Shown here one piece after another: positions 19,160 to 28,812 of a stretch of DNA of 64,000 nt. The notes below the pieces were generated by a model. It searched no databases and had not been told where the DNA came from. It was given only the letters and a program-made list of their open reading frames with translations. Positions within the stretch are counted from its first letter, which is position 1. Every line of letters begins with the position of its first letter. The translations under genes were made by a program, and so were the position numbers. The stretch comes from Sulfitobacter sp. (GTDB lineage Bacteria; Pseudomonadota; Alphaproteobacteria; Rhodobacterales; Rhodobacteraceae), in assembly GCA_047634585.1 (NCBI GenBank), contig JBLIAN010000014.1, forward strand, positions 18,110-82,109. The letters are read 5' to 3'.

Positions 19160-19699
19160 ATGTCTCGGGCGAAAACCTTGCAGGCGTTGTTCAAACGCTA
19201 CCGCCGCCCCGGTGACATTGTCTTTGCTTGGGTGTTCCTGATCTTTTCGCTGCTGCTGTTGTCGCAATTGATGGATCAGACCACCTATCGCGCGGGGGGC
19301 AAGCTGTTCACCCAGCCGATGTTCTGGCCTGCGGTGTCTTTGATCGGGATGTCGGGTTTTGCGGCCTTGCATCTGTTGGGGTCGGCGCTGTCAGACCGTC
19401 TTGAGGGACGCTGGCAAGAGGTTGCGCGCTGGGGGGCGTCGCTTGAATATGCCGCCTGGTTTATTCTCTATGCCTTTGTGGTGCCCTATGCGGGATACCT
19501 GCCTGCAACCGTCTTTCTGGCGCTGGCCCTGACCCTGCGCCTTGGCTATTCCAGCCGCGCTATTGTGATCGGCGCGGTGGTTGCGGCGCTGTCGATTGTG
19601 CTGTTGTTCAAGACATTCCTACAGGTGAAACTGCCCTCGGGGCAAATTTACAATCTGCTGCCCGATGGGCTGCGCCAGTTCATGTTAACCTATTTCTAG
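19160..19699 (+). CDS. TTT small membrane subunit, TctB family
   Basis: About 4 TM helices. Positioned between the tctC-like and tctA-like genes. Confidence 0.7.
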   Translation: MSRAKTLQALFKRYRRPGDIVFAWVFLIFSLLLLSQLMDQTTYRAGGKLFTQPMFWPAVSLIGMSGFAALHLLGSALSDRLEGRWQEVARWGASLEYAAWFILYAFVVPYAGYLPATVFLALALTLRLGYSSRAIVIGAVVAALSIVLLFKTFLQVKLPSGQIYNLLPDGLRQFMLTYF

Positions 19700-19708
19700 G
19701 CGGATCTT

Positions 19709-21229
19709 TTGATGGAAACCTTTTTCGCAGGCGCAGAAATGCTGGCCCGGTGGGACGTGATGATTGCGCTTTTGGTAGGGTCCATCGGCGGGGTGATCAT
19801 TGGCGCCATCCCCGGTGTTGGCCCTGCGGTGGCCATCGCCATTCTACTGCCTGCCACGTTTTCGCTTGATCCGATTGTCGGACTGACCATGCTGTTGGGG
19901 ATCTACGGGTCCTCCATGTATGGCGGGGCGATCCCGGCGGTGTTGATCAACACACCGGGGACAGCGGTGAATGCCCTGACGTCTTATGACGGCTACCCGA
20001 TGACCCAACGTGGCGAAGCGCATCGCGCCGTATCGCTGGCCTATTGCGCCTCGTTCTGGGGTGGCATTTTCGGGATCATCTGCCTGATCCTTCTGTCGCC
20101 GGTTCTGGCGGTTATCGCGCCGATGTTCGGCAGCCGCGAGATTTTTCTCGCGGCGCTTCTGGGGATCATTCTGGTGGTACTGGCCCATCGCGGACAGGTC
20201 TTTGCCGCGGGGATGCTGGCGATGTTCGGGATATTCCTGAATACCGTCGGGCTGGACGCGGTCACCTATACCCAACGCTATACCTTTGGCATGACCTTCC
20301 TGAGCTCCGGCATCAATCTGATCGTGGTGGTGCTGGGCCTGTTCGCGCTTAGCCAGGCGTTTTTCCTGCTGGGCGCACCGGATGAAAGCCCCGATGCACA
20401 GCCTGTGCAGGGGCGTTTCAGTGCGGGTTTCAAGGAATTGTTTCAACACAAACGTGTGGCAACTGTCTCGGCCGGGTTTGGCGTGGTGATGGGGATGATC
20501 CCCGGTGTGGGCGAATTCACCGCCCAATTCATGAGCTATACCTACGCGCAGAAAACCTCAAAGACACCTGCGGCCTTTGGCAAGGGATCCCCCGAAGGCC
20601 TGATCGCCTCTGAGGCTGCCAATAATGCCGTGCCTGCCGCCGCGATGATCCCGCTGCTGGCGCTTGGCATTCCCGGTGAGGCACTGACCGCGATGATGTT
20701 GTCGGTGTTTTATGTGCATAACGTGATCCCCGGCCCGCAGTTGTTCCAGAACAACCTTGATCTGGTGTATGCGCTGTATCTGGCGCTGATCATTCTGAAT
20801 GTGCTGGTGATCCTGTTTTTGATGGTGTCCACCAATATGCTGACGCGGATCATTCGGGTGCCGACACGGTTTCTGGGCATGTTGATCCTGATCCTGTCTT
20901 TTGTCGGGGTCTATTCGCTGCGCAATGCGCTAAGTGATTGCATGATCGCCGCCGGCTTTGGTGTTTTGGGCATGATCCTGAAGCGGCTGAACCTGCCGAT
21001 TGTGCCGATCATCCTTGGTATGGTCCTTGGCGGGATCATGGAGATCAAGCTGCGCTCGTCGCTGCCCCGCCTCAAAACCCCGTTTGATATGATTGATCGC
21101 CCGATTGCGATGGTGATTTTTGGAATGATCCTGCTGGTTCTGGCGATGCATCTACGCACCCTGATCAAGGAATACCGCGCCCATCGCCCCGATGAAGATC
21201 ACGACATCCACGACACACAGACACGGTGA
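19709..21229 (+). CDS. TTT large membrane subunit, TctA family
   Basis: About 500-aa polytopic membrane protein with TctA-like repeats (GxIPGVGP motifs). Start is TTG at 19709 or ATG at 19712. Confidence 0.85.
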   Translation: MMETFFAGAEMLARWDVMIALLVGSIGGVIIGAIPGVGPAVAIAILLPATFSLDPIVGLTMLLGIYGSSMYGGAIPAVLINTPGTAVNALTSYDGYPMTQRGEAHRAVSLAYCASFWGGIFGIICLILLSPVLAVIAPMFGSREIFLAALLGIILVVLAHRGQVFAAGMLAMFGIFLNTVGLDAVTYTQRYTFGMTFLSSGINLIVVVLGLFALSQAFFLLGAPDESPDAQPVQGRFSAGFKELFQHKRVATVSAGFGVVMGMIPGVGEFTAQFMSYTYAQKTSKTPAAFGKGSPEGLIASEAANNAVPAAAMIPLLALGIPGEALTAMMLSVFYVHNVIPGPQLFQNNLDLVYALYLALIILNVLVILFLMVSTNMLTRIIRVPTRFLGMLILILSFVGVYSLRNALSDCMIAAGFGVLGMILKRLNLPIVPIILGMVLGGIMEIKLRSSLPRLKTPFDMIDRPIAMVIFGMILLVLAMHLRTLIKEYRAHRPDEDHDIHDTQTR

Positions 21230-22719
21230 CCCAAATGGACCAGCCAAAAATAGACGCCCTGCGCGCCTTGCCCGTCACAGCCGGGCAACACATCATCAAC
21301 GGCCGGCACCAGCCCGCCTCGGACGGGGCGGTGATGCAGGTAATATCCCCGATTGACGGGCAGCCCCTAACCACGATCGCCAAAGGCACCGCCGCAGATA
21401 TGCACTCTGCCATTGCCGCCGCCCGCGCCGCGTTCGAGGATCGGCGCTGGGCAGGCATGGCCCCGCCAGAGCGCAAGAAAATCCTGTCAAACTGGGCCGA
21501 TCTGATTGAGGCAAACGCGCTGGAACTGGCGGTGTTGGGGGTGCGCGACAATGGCACCGAGATCAACATGGCCCTCAAGGCAGAACCCTATTCCGCCGCC
21601 GGCACCATCCGGTACTACGCCGAAGCCCTGGACAAAGTGTATGGCGAAATCGCCCCGACCGCAGAGGGGGTTCTGGGGCTGATCCACCGCGAACCGCTGG
21701 GCGTGGTCGGCGCGATCATCCCGTGGAATTTCCCGCTGATGATCGGCGCCTGGAAGCTTGGACCGGCCTTGGCGATGGGCAATTCGGTGGTGGTGAAACC
21801 ACCTGAAACCGCCTCGCTGTCCCTGATCCGTCTGGTCGAACTGGCCCATGAGGCAGGTTTGCCCGCGGGGGTGTTGAACCTTGTCACCGGCGAAGGTGCG
21901 GTGGTCGGCGCGGCGATGGGCCTGTCGATGGAGGTAGACGCCATCGTGTTCACCGGATCAGGGCCAACAGGGCGGCGGTTGCTGGAATATGCCGCGCGTT
22001 CGAACCTCAAACGGATTTATCTGGAACTGGGCGGAAAATCCCCCAACATCGTCTTTGTCGATGCCCCAGATTTGGACGAAGCGGCCAAGATCGCGGCGAT
22101 GGGCATTTTCCGCAATTCAGGGCAGGTCTGTGTCGCGGGGGCGCGGCTGTTGGTGCAAGACGCCATTCACGATGATTTTGTCGCCGCGGTCTGTCGCGCG
22201 GCCGAAAAACTACAGGTCGGTGATCCGCTGGACCTGAGCATTGACATCGGCGCGGTCAATTCCGAACGCCAATTGCTGCAAAACCTCGATTTTGTGCAAA
22301 AAGCGCAATCCGAGGGCGGGCAGGTCCAGACCGGCGGCGCACGGGTTTTGCAGGGCACGGGCGGCTTTTACATGGCCCCCACCGTGGTCACAGAAGTGGC
22401 CCAAAACGCCACCCTGTCCCAACAAGAAGTATTCGGCCCGGTGCTGGCCGTCACAAGGTTCAGCGATGAAGCCGGGGCAATTCGCCTTGCCAATGCAACG
22501 GTTTACGGCCTTGCGGGGGCGGTCTGGACCTCAAATCTGTCCCGCGCCCATCGGATGATCCATGCGGTGCGCACCGGGGTGATGCATGTCAACACCTATG
22601 GCGGCGCGGATGGCACGGTGCCGCTGGGCGGGGTCGGGCAATCGGGCAACGGGCATGACAAATCCCTGCATGCCCTGGACAAATACACCAATCTGAAAAC
22701 CGCTTGGATCAAGCTGTAA
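21226..22719 (+). CDS. NAD(P)-dependent aldehyde dehydrogenase
   Basis: ELGGKSP (catalytic Glu) and GQVCVAG (catalytic Cys). GTGA overlap with the tctA stop. Confidence 0.9.
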   Translation: MTQMDQPKIDALRALPVTAGQHIINGRHQPASDGAVMQVISPIDGQPLTTIAKGTAADMHSAIAAARAAFEDRRWAGMAPPERKKILSNWADLIEANALELAVLGVRDNGTEINMALKAEPYSAAGTIRYYAEALDKVYGEIAPTAEGVLGLIHREPLGVVGAIIPWNFPLMIGAWKLGPALAMGNSVVVKPPETASLSLIRLVELAHEAGLPAGVLNLVTGEGAVVGAAMGLSMEVDAIVFTGSGPTGRRLLEYAARSNLKRIYLELGGKSPNIVFVDAPDLDEAAKIAAMGIFRNSGQVCVAGARLLVQDAIHDDFVAAVCRAAEKLQVGDPLDLSIDIGAVNSERQLLQNLDFVQKAQSEGGQVQTGGARVLQGTGGFYMAPTVVTEVAQNATLSQQEVFGPVLAVTRFSDEAGAIRLANATVYGLAGAVWTSNLSRAHRMIHAVRTGVMHVNTYGGADGTVPLGGVGQSGNGHDKSLHALDKYTNLKTAWIKL

Positions 22720-22740
22720 ACGATACGAAAGGGGCGCCCC

Positions 22741-23973
22741 ATGTCTGACAAAACCATTCTTGTGATTGGCACCTATGACACCAAAGACGACGAACTGGCG
22801 TTTATGGCAGAGGTGATCCGCGCACAGGGCGGCAGGGTGATCAGCATGGATGTCTCGGTCTTGGGTGATCCGTCGCGCCCGGCGGATCATAGCAAACATG
22901 AGGTGGCAAAGGCGGGCGGCAGCAGCATTGAACTGGCCATTGCGTCGGGGGATGAAAACCACGCGATGCAGATCATGGCCAAAGGTGCGGCGACCCTCTG
23001 TGCACAGCTTTACGCCGCTGGAAAATTTGATGCAATGGTGGTGCTCGGCGGCACAATGGGCACCGATCTGGCGTTGGATGTCTGTGCGGCCCTACCGCTT
23101 GGCGTGCCGAAATATATCGTTTCAACGGTATCGTTTTCGCCGCTGATCCCCGCCGAAAGGCTGGCTGCGGATACCCAGATGATCCTCTGGGCTGGCGGGC
23201 TTTATGGGTTGAATTCGGTGTGCAAGGCGGCGCTTTCCCAGGCCGCAGGGGCGGTGCTGGGTGCGGCACGTGCGGTCACGCCGCCAAAGTCCGACAGGCC
23301 GTTGATCGGCATGACATCTTTGGGCAAATCGGCACTGAAATATATGGTGGCGCTAAAACCGGCCTTGGAAAGCCGGGGCTTTGAAGTGGCGGTGTTTCAT
23401 GCCACGGGCATGGGCGGGCGCGCCTTTGAAAACCTTGCCGCGCAGGGGGCTTTTGCCTGTGTCTTTGATTTTTGCACGCAGGAATTGGGCAATCACCTGC
23501 ATGGGTCAAATATTTCGGCGGGGGCGGACCGTCTGAGCAATGCTGGGCGCAAGGGCATTCCGCAGCTGATTGCACCGGGCTGTTATGATCTGGTCGATAT
23601 TGTTGGCTGGCAAGCGATCCCCGACAAATGGGCGGACCATCCCAAACATGCCCATAACCGCCTGCTGACCTCGATTGTGCTGAACATAAAAGAGCGCAAA
23701 GCCGTGGCCCGCGCCCATTGTGCGCAGCTGGCCAAGGCCACAGGGCCAACGGCGGTGTTGCTGCCGCAATTGGGTTTGGGGGAATGGGACCGCGCCGGCG
23801 CTGACCTGCATGACCCCGCCGGGCTGGCTGCGTTTTTCGCAGAGCTGGAAACCCATTGCCCCGCCACCGCCGAGATCACCAAAATTGATGGCCACATCAA
23901 TGACGATATTTTTGCGCAGACTGCATTGTCGGTCTTTGATGATTGGTGCGCGGCGGGGCTTATTGCGCGTTAG
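22741..23973 (+). CDS. UPF0261 / Tm-1-like ATP-binding family protein (function unknown)
   Basis: The N-terminus KTILVIGTYDTKDDELAFM and the overall length match my memory of the UPF0261 family. Not verified by search. Confidence 0.55.
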   Translation: MSDKTILVIGTYDTKDDELAFMAEVIRAQGGRVISMDVSVLGDPSRPADHSKHEVAKAGGSSIELAIASGDENHAMQIMAKGAATLCAQLYAAGKFDAMVVLGGTMGTDLALDVCAALPLGVPKYIVSTVSFSPLIPAERLAADTQMILWAGGLYGLNSVCKAALSQAAGAVLGAARAVTPPKSDRPLIGMTSLGKSALKYMVALKPALESRGFEVAVFHATGMGGRAFENLAAQGAFACVFDFCTQELGNHLHGSNISAGADRLSNAGRKGIPQLIAPGCYDLVDIVGWQAIPDKWADHPKHAHNRLLTSIVLNIKERKAVARAHCAQLAKATGPTAVLLPQLGLGEWDRAGADLHDPAGLAAFFAELETHCPATAEITKIDGHINDDIFAQTALSVFDDWCAAGLIAR

Positions 23974-24394
23974 GGTCCAAAAGCGCCAGCAGATCCAGCA
24001 ATTCCTCGTATTGCGCCGCGCCCAGCTTTTCCTTGAACCCGCTGACAATGCGGTTGGAATGATCAGCGTTGTCCTGAATGATTTTCTGCCCCGCCTCGGT
24101 GATCGCGATCATCTGGCGGCGGCGGTCTTTTTCATCTCGGGTCTGGGTGATCAGCCCCCTGCCCCGCATGGATTGCGCGATCCGGGTGAGGCTGGGAAAC
24201 AACAGGCTGGCACGGTCCGCCAGGGTCGAGGCATCCTGCGGGCCATATTCCGCCAAGACCCGCAAAACCCGCCATTGCTGTTCGGTGATGCCGGTTTCGG
24301 CCAGCATCTCGCGGATCGGGGCCATCACCCCTTCACGGGCGCGGATCAGCGCAATAGGAAGAGACCGCGAAGTCGAAGGCAGGTTGCGCGTCAT
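23960..24394 (-). CDS. hpaR: MarR-family regulator, HpaR (homoprotocatechuate operon repressor)-like
   Basis: MarR winged helix-turn-helix (QQWRVLRVL...DASTLADRASLLFPSLTRI...TRDEKDRRR). Divergent from the hpa operon. Confidence 0.75.
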   Translation of the reverse strand: MTRNLPSTSRSLPIALIRAREGVMAPIREMLAETGITEQQWRVLRVLAEYGPQDASTLADRASLLFPSLTRIAQSMRGRGLITQTRDEKDRRRQMIAITEAGQKIIQDNADHSNRIVSGFKEKLGAAQYEELLDLLALLDPNAQ

Positions 24395-24423
24395 AGGCTT
24401 GATTTCTTCTGTTTGAATGGGGC

Positions 24424-24502
24424 AATCGGCCCCCTGTCTTGCCGATTAACACTTGACATCACAAGGTTGTTTTAATTAACATAGCAATTATTAACATGTT
24501 AA
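24424..24502. promoter_or_regulatory. hpaR / hpa operon control region
   Basis: Inverted repeat AATCGGC-N10-GCCGATT (24424-24447). TTGACA at 24453-24458. Three ATTAACA copies beginning at 24445, 24475 and 24490. Perfect 12-bp palindrome TTAACATGTTAA (24491-24502) abutting the RBS AAGGAA. Confidence 0.45.
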
Positions 24503-24512
24503 GGAATACGCC

Positions 24513-24902
24513 ATGCCGCATTTCCAGATTGATTATTCCGGCAACCTTGAGGATGCCGTTGACATCAGCGCCCTGTGCGAAGCGATCCGCGCCGAAGCGG
24601 CCCGGATTGACACTTTCCCGATGGCGGGCATTCGGGTGCGGGCCCTGCGTGTGGATCATTATGCCATGGCGGACGGCAATCCCAAACACGGGTTTATCGA
24701 CCTGTCGATCCGCCTGCGGGCGGGGCGTGATCCGGCCGTGAAACAGGCCGCCGTCGCACAAATTTTCGCCTGCATGAAAGAATTCCTTGGCCCGGTACTG
24801 GCACATCGCTCTCTCGCGCTGTCTGCGGAAATGCGCGACATTGATGCAGGGCTGTCCCCGAAATACGGCACCACCCGCGACCATCTGGAGGAACCTAAAT
24901 GA
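24513..24902 (+). CDS. hpaF: 5-carboxymethyl-2-hydroxymuconate delta-isomerase
   Basis: The N-terminal MPHF... and FPMAGIRVRA resemble E. coli HpaF (MPHF..., FPLAGIRSRV). The size is similar. Confidence 0.8.
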   Translation: MPHFQIDYSGNLEDAVDISALCEAIRAEAARIDTFPMAGIRVRALRVDHYAMADGNPKHGFIDLSIRLRAGRDPAVKQAAVAQIFACMKEFLGPVLAHRSLALSAEMRDIDAGLSPKYGTTRDHLEEPK

Positions 24903-26410
24903 GCGTGCTTGATCAGAACATCGAAAAACTTCAGGGCTATTTGCGCCGGTTCAAAACCGATGGGGTGCAAAACCGTATTGCCGGACAAGACAGCGCCGGA
25001 TCAGGCGGGACGTTTGAAAATGCTTCCCCTGTTGATAAATCCCGCATTTGTGATGTGGCCCGTGGCGATGCCTCGGATATCGACAGGGCCGCCAAAGCCG
25101 CCGCTGGGGCCTTTGCGGGCTGGCGTGACATGCCTGCCACCGAGCGGCGCAAAATCCTGATCAAAGTGGCGGAAGGCATCGAGGCCCGCGCCGAGGAAAT
25201 CGCCTTTTGCGAATGTTGGGACACCGGCCAGACCATCCGCTTTATGTCCAAAGCTGCCCTGCGCGGGGCCGAAAATTTTCGCTATTTTGCCGATCAGGTT
25301 GTACAGGCCCGCGATGGGCAGCACCTGAAATCCCCCACGCTGATGAACATCACCACCCGCGTGCCGATTGGCCCTGTCGGGGTGATCACCCCGTGGAACA
25401 CGCCGTTTATGTTGTCCACCTGGAAAATCGCCCCTGCCTTGGCGGCGGGCTGTAGCGTGGTGCATAAACCTGCGGAAGCCTCGCCGCTGACGGCGCGTCT
25501 GCTGGTTGAAATCGCCGAAGAGGCGGGCCTGCCCCCCGGTGTGCTGAACACTGTCAACGGCTATGGCGAGGAAGCGGGCAAAGCCCTGTGTGAACACCCC
25601 GCGATCAAGGCCATCGCCTTTGTCGGAGAAAGCCGCACCGGCAGTATGATCACCAAACAAGGCGCAGACACCCTAAAGCGCAACCACCTTGAACTGGGTG
25701 GCAAGAACCCGGTGATCGTCTTTGAAGATGCCGATCTGGACCGGGCCCTGGATGCGGTGATCTTTATGATCTATTCAATCAACGGCGAACGCTGCACCTC
25801 GTCTTCGCGCCTGTTGGTCCAAGACACGATCCGCGCCGAATTCGAGGCCAGGCTGGTGGAACGGGTCAATAGGATCAAAGTCGGTCATCCGCTGGATCCG
25901 AGCAGCGAAATCGGCCCGTTGGTCACCCAGGAACATTTCGACAAGGTGACCCGCTATTTCGATATCGCCAGACAGGACGGCGCCACAATCGCCGCTGGCG
26001 GCGAGACCCTCGGCGACAGCGGATATTTCATCCGCCCGACCCTGTTCACCAATGCCACCAATGACATGCGCATTGCCCGCGAAGAAATATTCGGCCCGGT
26101 GCTGACCTCGATCCCGTTCAGCAGTGAAGACGAGGCGCTGCACCTCGCCAATGACACCCCCTACGGGTTGACCGGATATGTCTGGACCAATGATCTGACG
26201 CGGGCCCTGCGGTTCACGGATCGCCTTGAGGCGGGGATGATCTGGGTGAATTCTGAAAACGTGCGCCATCTGCCAACGCCGTTTGGCGGGGTCAAATCCA
26301 GCGGCATCGGGCGCGACGGCGGCGATTGGTCTTTTGACTTCTATATGGAACAAAAGCACATCGGCTTTGCCACCGGACAGCATAAAATCACGCGCCTTGG
26401 TGCGCAGTAA
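24899..26410 (+). CDS. hpaE: 5-carboxymethyl-2-hydroxymuconate semialdehyde dehydrogenase
   Basis: Aldehyde dehydrogenase motifs ELGGKNP and NGERCTSSSR. Operon context. Confidence 0.8.
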   Translation: MSVLDQNIEKLQGYLRRFKTDGVQNRIAGQDSAGSGGTFENASPVDKSRICDVARGDASDIDRAAKAAAGAFAGWRDMPATERRKILIKVAEGIEARAEEIAFCECWDTGQTIRFMSKAALRGAENFRYFADQVVQARDGQHLKSPTLMNITTRVPIGPVGVITPWNTPFMLSTWKIAPALAAGCSVVHKPAEASPLTARLLVEIAEEAGLPPGVLNTVNGYGEEAGKALCEHPAIKAIAFVGESRTGSMITKQGADTLKRNHLELGGKNPVIVFEDADLDRALDAVIFMIYSINGERCTSSSRLLVQDTIRAEFEARLVERVNRIKVGHPLDPSSEIGPLVTQEHFDKVTRYFDIARQDGATIAAGGETLGDSGYFIRPTLFTNATNDMRIAREEIFGPVLTSIPFSSEDEALHLANDTPYGLTGYVWTNDLTRALRFTDRLEAGMIWVNSENVRHLPTPFGGVKSSGIGRDGGDWSFDFYMEQKHIGFATGQHKITRLGAQ

Positions 26411-26422
26411 GGAGAGCCGAAA

Positions 26423-27406
26423 ATGCCCGTACCCGCACCAAACCTATACCCTGATTTCAACACCATCCGCCTGTCCCATATCTGTCTGAATGTGAAAGAT
26501 CTGGCCGCCTCCAAGGTGTTTTATACCGACATCCTTGGCCTGCAGGTGACAGATGAGACCGACAGCCATGTCTATCTGCGCGCCATGGAAGAACGCGGTC
26601 ATCACTGTATCATTCTGCAACGCTCTGATCAGCCCGCCACGGTTGAGGTCATGGGCTTTAAAACCTTTGACGAGGATGATCTGGACAAGGCCGAAACCTA
26701 TTTCCAATCCAAAGGCCGCCCGACCACCTGGGTCGAACGCCCCTATCAGGGCCGCACATTGCTGACCTCGGATAACATGGGTATCCCGCTGGAGTTTTAT
26801 CACAAGATGGACCGCCTTGATCCGATCCATCAGAAATATGCGCTGTATCGCGGGGTGAAACCCCTGCGCATTGACCACTTCAATTGTTTCAGTTCTGATG
26901 TGGATGCCTCGGTGGCCTTTTACAGCGATTTCGGCTTTCGGGTGACGGAATATACCGAGGACGAAGACAGCAAGAAACTTTGGGCGGCATGGATGCACCG
27001 CAAGGGCGGCGTGCATGACATGGCCTTTACCAATGGCACGGGGCCACGGATGCACCATGTGGCGTTTTGGGTGCCGACGCCGCTGAATATCATTGATCTG
27101 CTCGATCTGATGGCGACCACCGGATATGTCGGCAATATTGAACGCGGTCCGGGGCGGCACGGGATTTCGAATGCGTTTTTCCTGTATATCCTTGACCCTG
27201 ACGGGCATCGCATCGAAATTTACTGTTCGGATTATCAAACTGTTGATCCCGATCTGGAACCGATCAAATGGGATCTGACCGATCCCCAGCGCCAGACGCT
27301 TTGGGGCGCAGCCGCACCGCGCAGCTGGTTTGAACATGGCACAGGCTTTACAGGGGTTGAACAACGCGACAGCGCCATGGCGGCCAGCCCGATCATCGCA
27401 CCATAG
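26423..27406 (+). CDS. hpaD: 3,4-dihydroxyphenylacetate (homoprotocatechuate) 2,3-dioxygenase, VOC (type I extradiol) class
   Basis: Two glyoxalase/VOC modules (RLSHICLNVKDL...; RIDHFNCFSSDV...HHVAFW). Operon context. Confidence 0.75.
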   Translation: MPVPAPNLYPDFNTIRLSHICLNVKDLAASKVFYTDILGLQVTDETDSHVYLRAMEERGHHCIILQRSDQPATVEVMGFKTFDEDDLDKAETYFQSKGRPTTWVERPYQGRTLLTSDNMGIPLEFYHKMDRLDPIHQKYALYRGVKPLRIDHFNCFSSDVDASVAFYSDFGFRVTEYTEDEDSKKLWAAWMHRKGGVHDMAFTNGTGPRMHHVAFWVPTPLNIIDLLDLMATTGYVGNIERGPGRHGISNAFFLYILDPDGHRIEIYCSDYQTVDPDLEPIKWDLTDPQRQTLWGAAAPRSWFEHGTGFTGVEQRDSAMAASPIIAP

Positions 27407-27414
27407 GAGAGACC

Positions 27415-28812
27415 ATGCATTGGGACGAATTCGCCCATTGGGGCAAGCATATCACCGATTGGGCAAGTGAGTACCACAAAACATTGGGCGACCGCCCGGT
27501 GCGCGCCCAGACCAATCCCGGTGACATCAGCGTACAATTGCCCGCCGCCCCACCCGAGGGCGGCGAGGCGATGGATCACATCATGGCAGATTTTGAACGG
27601 GTGGTGATGCCGGGGATCACCCATTGGCAGCACCCGCGTTTCTTTGCCTATTTCCCCGCCAATGCCGCGCCCCCCTCGATGCTGGCGGAAATGCTGGTCA
27701 CCACCATCGCCGCCCAATGCATGTTGTGGCAGACCTCGCCTGCCGCCACCGAAATGGAAGGCGTCATGGTGGATTGGCTGCGTCAGGCCTTGGGCCTGCC
27801 CGCCCCCTATACCGGCGTGATCCAGGATAGCGCCTCGTCGGCCACCCTGTCGGCGGTGCTGACAATGCGCGAACGCGCCACTGGTTTCACCGGCAACAAC
27901 GACGGCCTTTGCAACAAGGGTCATTTGCGGATTTATTGTTCGGATCAGGTGCATTCCTCGATTGACCGCGCCTGTTGGGTTGCGGGCATCGGTCAGGCCA
28001 ATCTGGTCAAAATACCCACCAATGGCCCACGCCACGCGATTGATTGCGTTGCGCTGAAACAGGCCATCACCGAGGACCGCGCCGCAGGGCATATTCCTGC
28101 GGGGATCATCGCCATCACCGGCGGCACCGGTGTCGGGGCCTGCGATACATTGGGTCCGGTTCTGAAAATCGCGCAGGAGGAAAACCTCTATACCCATCTG
28201 GATGCCGCATGGGCGGGGGCGGCGATGATCTGTCCCGAATTCCGCAAAGATTTCTGGGCCGATGTGGCGGGGTTTGACAGTATCGTGTTCAACCCGCACA
28301 AATGGCTGGGCGCACAATTTGATTGTTCGGTGCAGTTTCTGGCCGATCCCACGGCGCAGCTGAACACCCTGAAAATCGAACCTGAATACCTTAAAACTTC
28401 GGGTGCTGACGTGGTCAATTATTCGGAATGGACAATTCCGCTGGGCCGCCGTTTCCGGGCACTGAAAATCTGGTTTCTGATCCGGTCTTACGGGCTGGAG
28501 GGGCTGCGCAGCCGGATCCGCAACCATGTGACATGGGCGGGCGAGGTCTGCCAGGCGTTGCGCGCCCTGGACGGGTTTGAAATTGTCACCGAACCGATCC
28601 TCAGCCTGTTTTCCTTTCGCTGCCCCGGTGATGACGCGATGCAGCAACGGCTGGTTGATGCATTGAACGATGACGGGCGGATCTATCTGACCCAAGGCGC
28701 CTTTGACGGGCGCAAGATCATCCGCTTTCAGGTCGGTCAATTCGACACCACCCGCGCGGATGTGATGATGGCCGTGGATGTCATTCAAGAAATCTGGAAG
28801 AAAATATCATGA
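27415..28812 (+). CDS. Group II PLP-dependent decarboxylase, aromatic-L-amino-acid (DOPA/tyrosine) decarboxylase-like
   Basis: HWQHPRFFAYFPA near the N-terminus. PLP-lysine motif FNPHKWL. Length is typical of DDC/TyDC enzymes. Confidence 0.85.
   Translation: MHWDEFAHWGKHITDWASEYHKTLGDRPVRAQTNPGDISVQLPAAPPEGGEAMDHIMADFERVVMPGITHWQHPRFFAYFPANAAPPSMLAEMLVTTIAAQCMLWQTSPAATEMEGVMVDWLRQALGLPAPYTGVIQDSASSATLSAVLTMRERATGFTGNNDGLCNKGHLRIYCSDQVHSSIDRACWVAGIGQANLVKIPTNGPRHAIDCVALKQAITEDRAAGHIPAGIIAITGGTGVGACDTLGPVLKIAQEENLYTHLDAAWAGAAMICPEFRKDFWADVAGFDSIVFNPHKWLGAQFDCSVQFLADPTAQLNTLKIEPEYLKTSGADVVNYSEWTIPLGRRFRALKIWFLIRSYGLEGLRSRIRNHVTWAGEVCQALRALDGFEIVTEPILSLFSFRCPGDDAMQQRLVDALNDDGRIYLTQGAFDGRKIIRFQVGQFDTTRADVMMAVDVIQEIWKKIS

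Noticed and set aside
27235-28788. 517-aa minus-strand ORF opposite the aromatic amino acid decarboxylase
   Set aside because: The plus-strand frame carries diagnostic PLP-decarboxylase motifs (NPHKW). The antisense translation has no recognisable domain and a biased composition. Shadow ORF.
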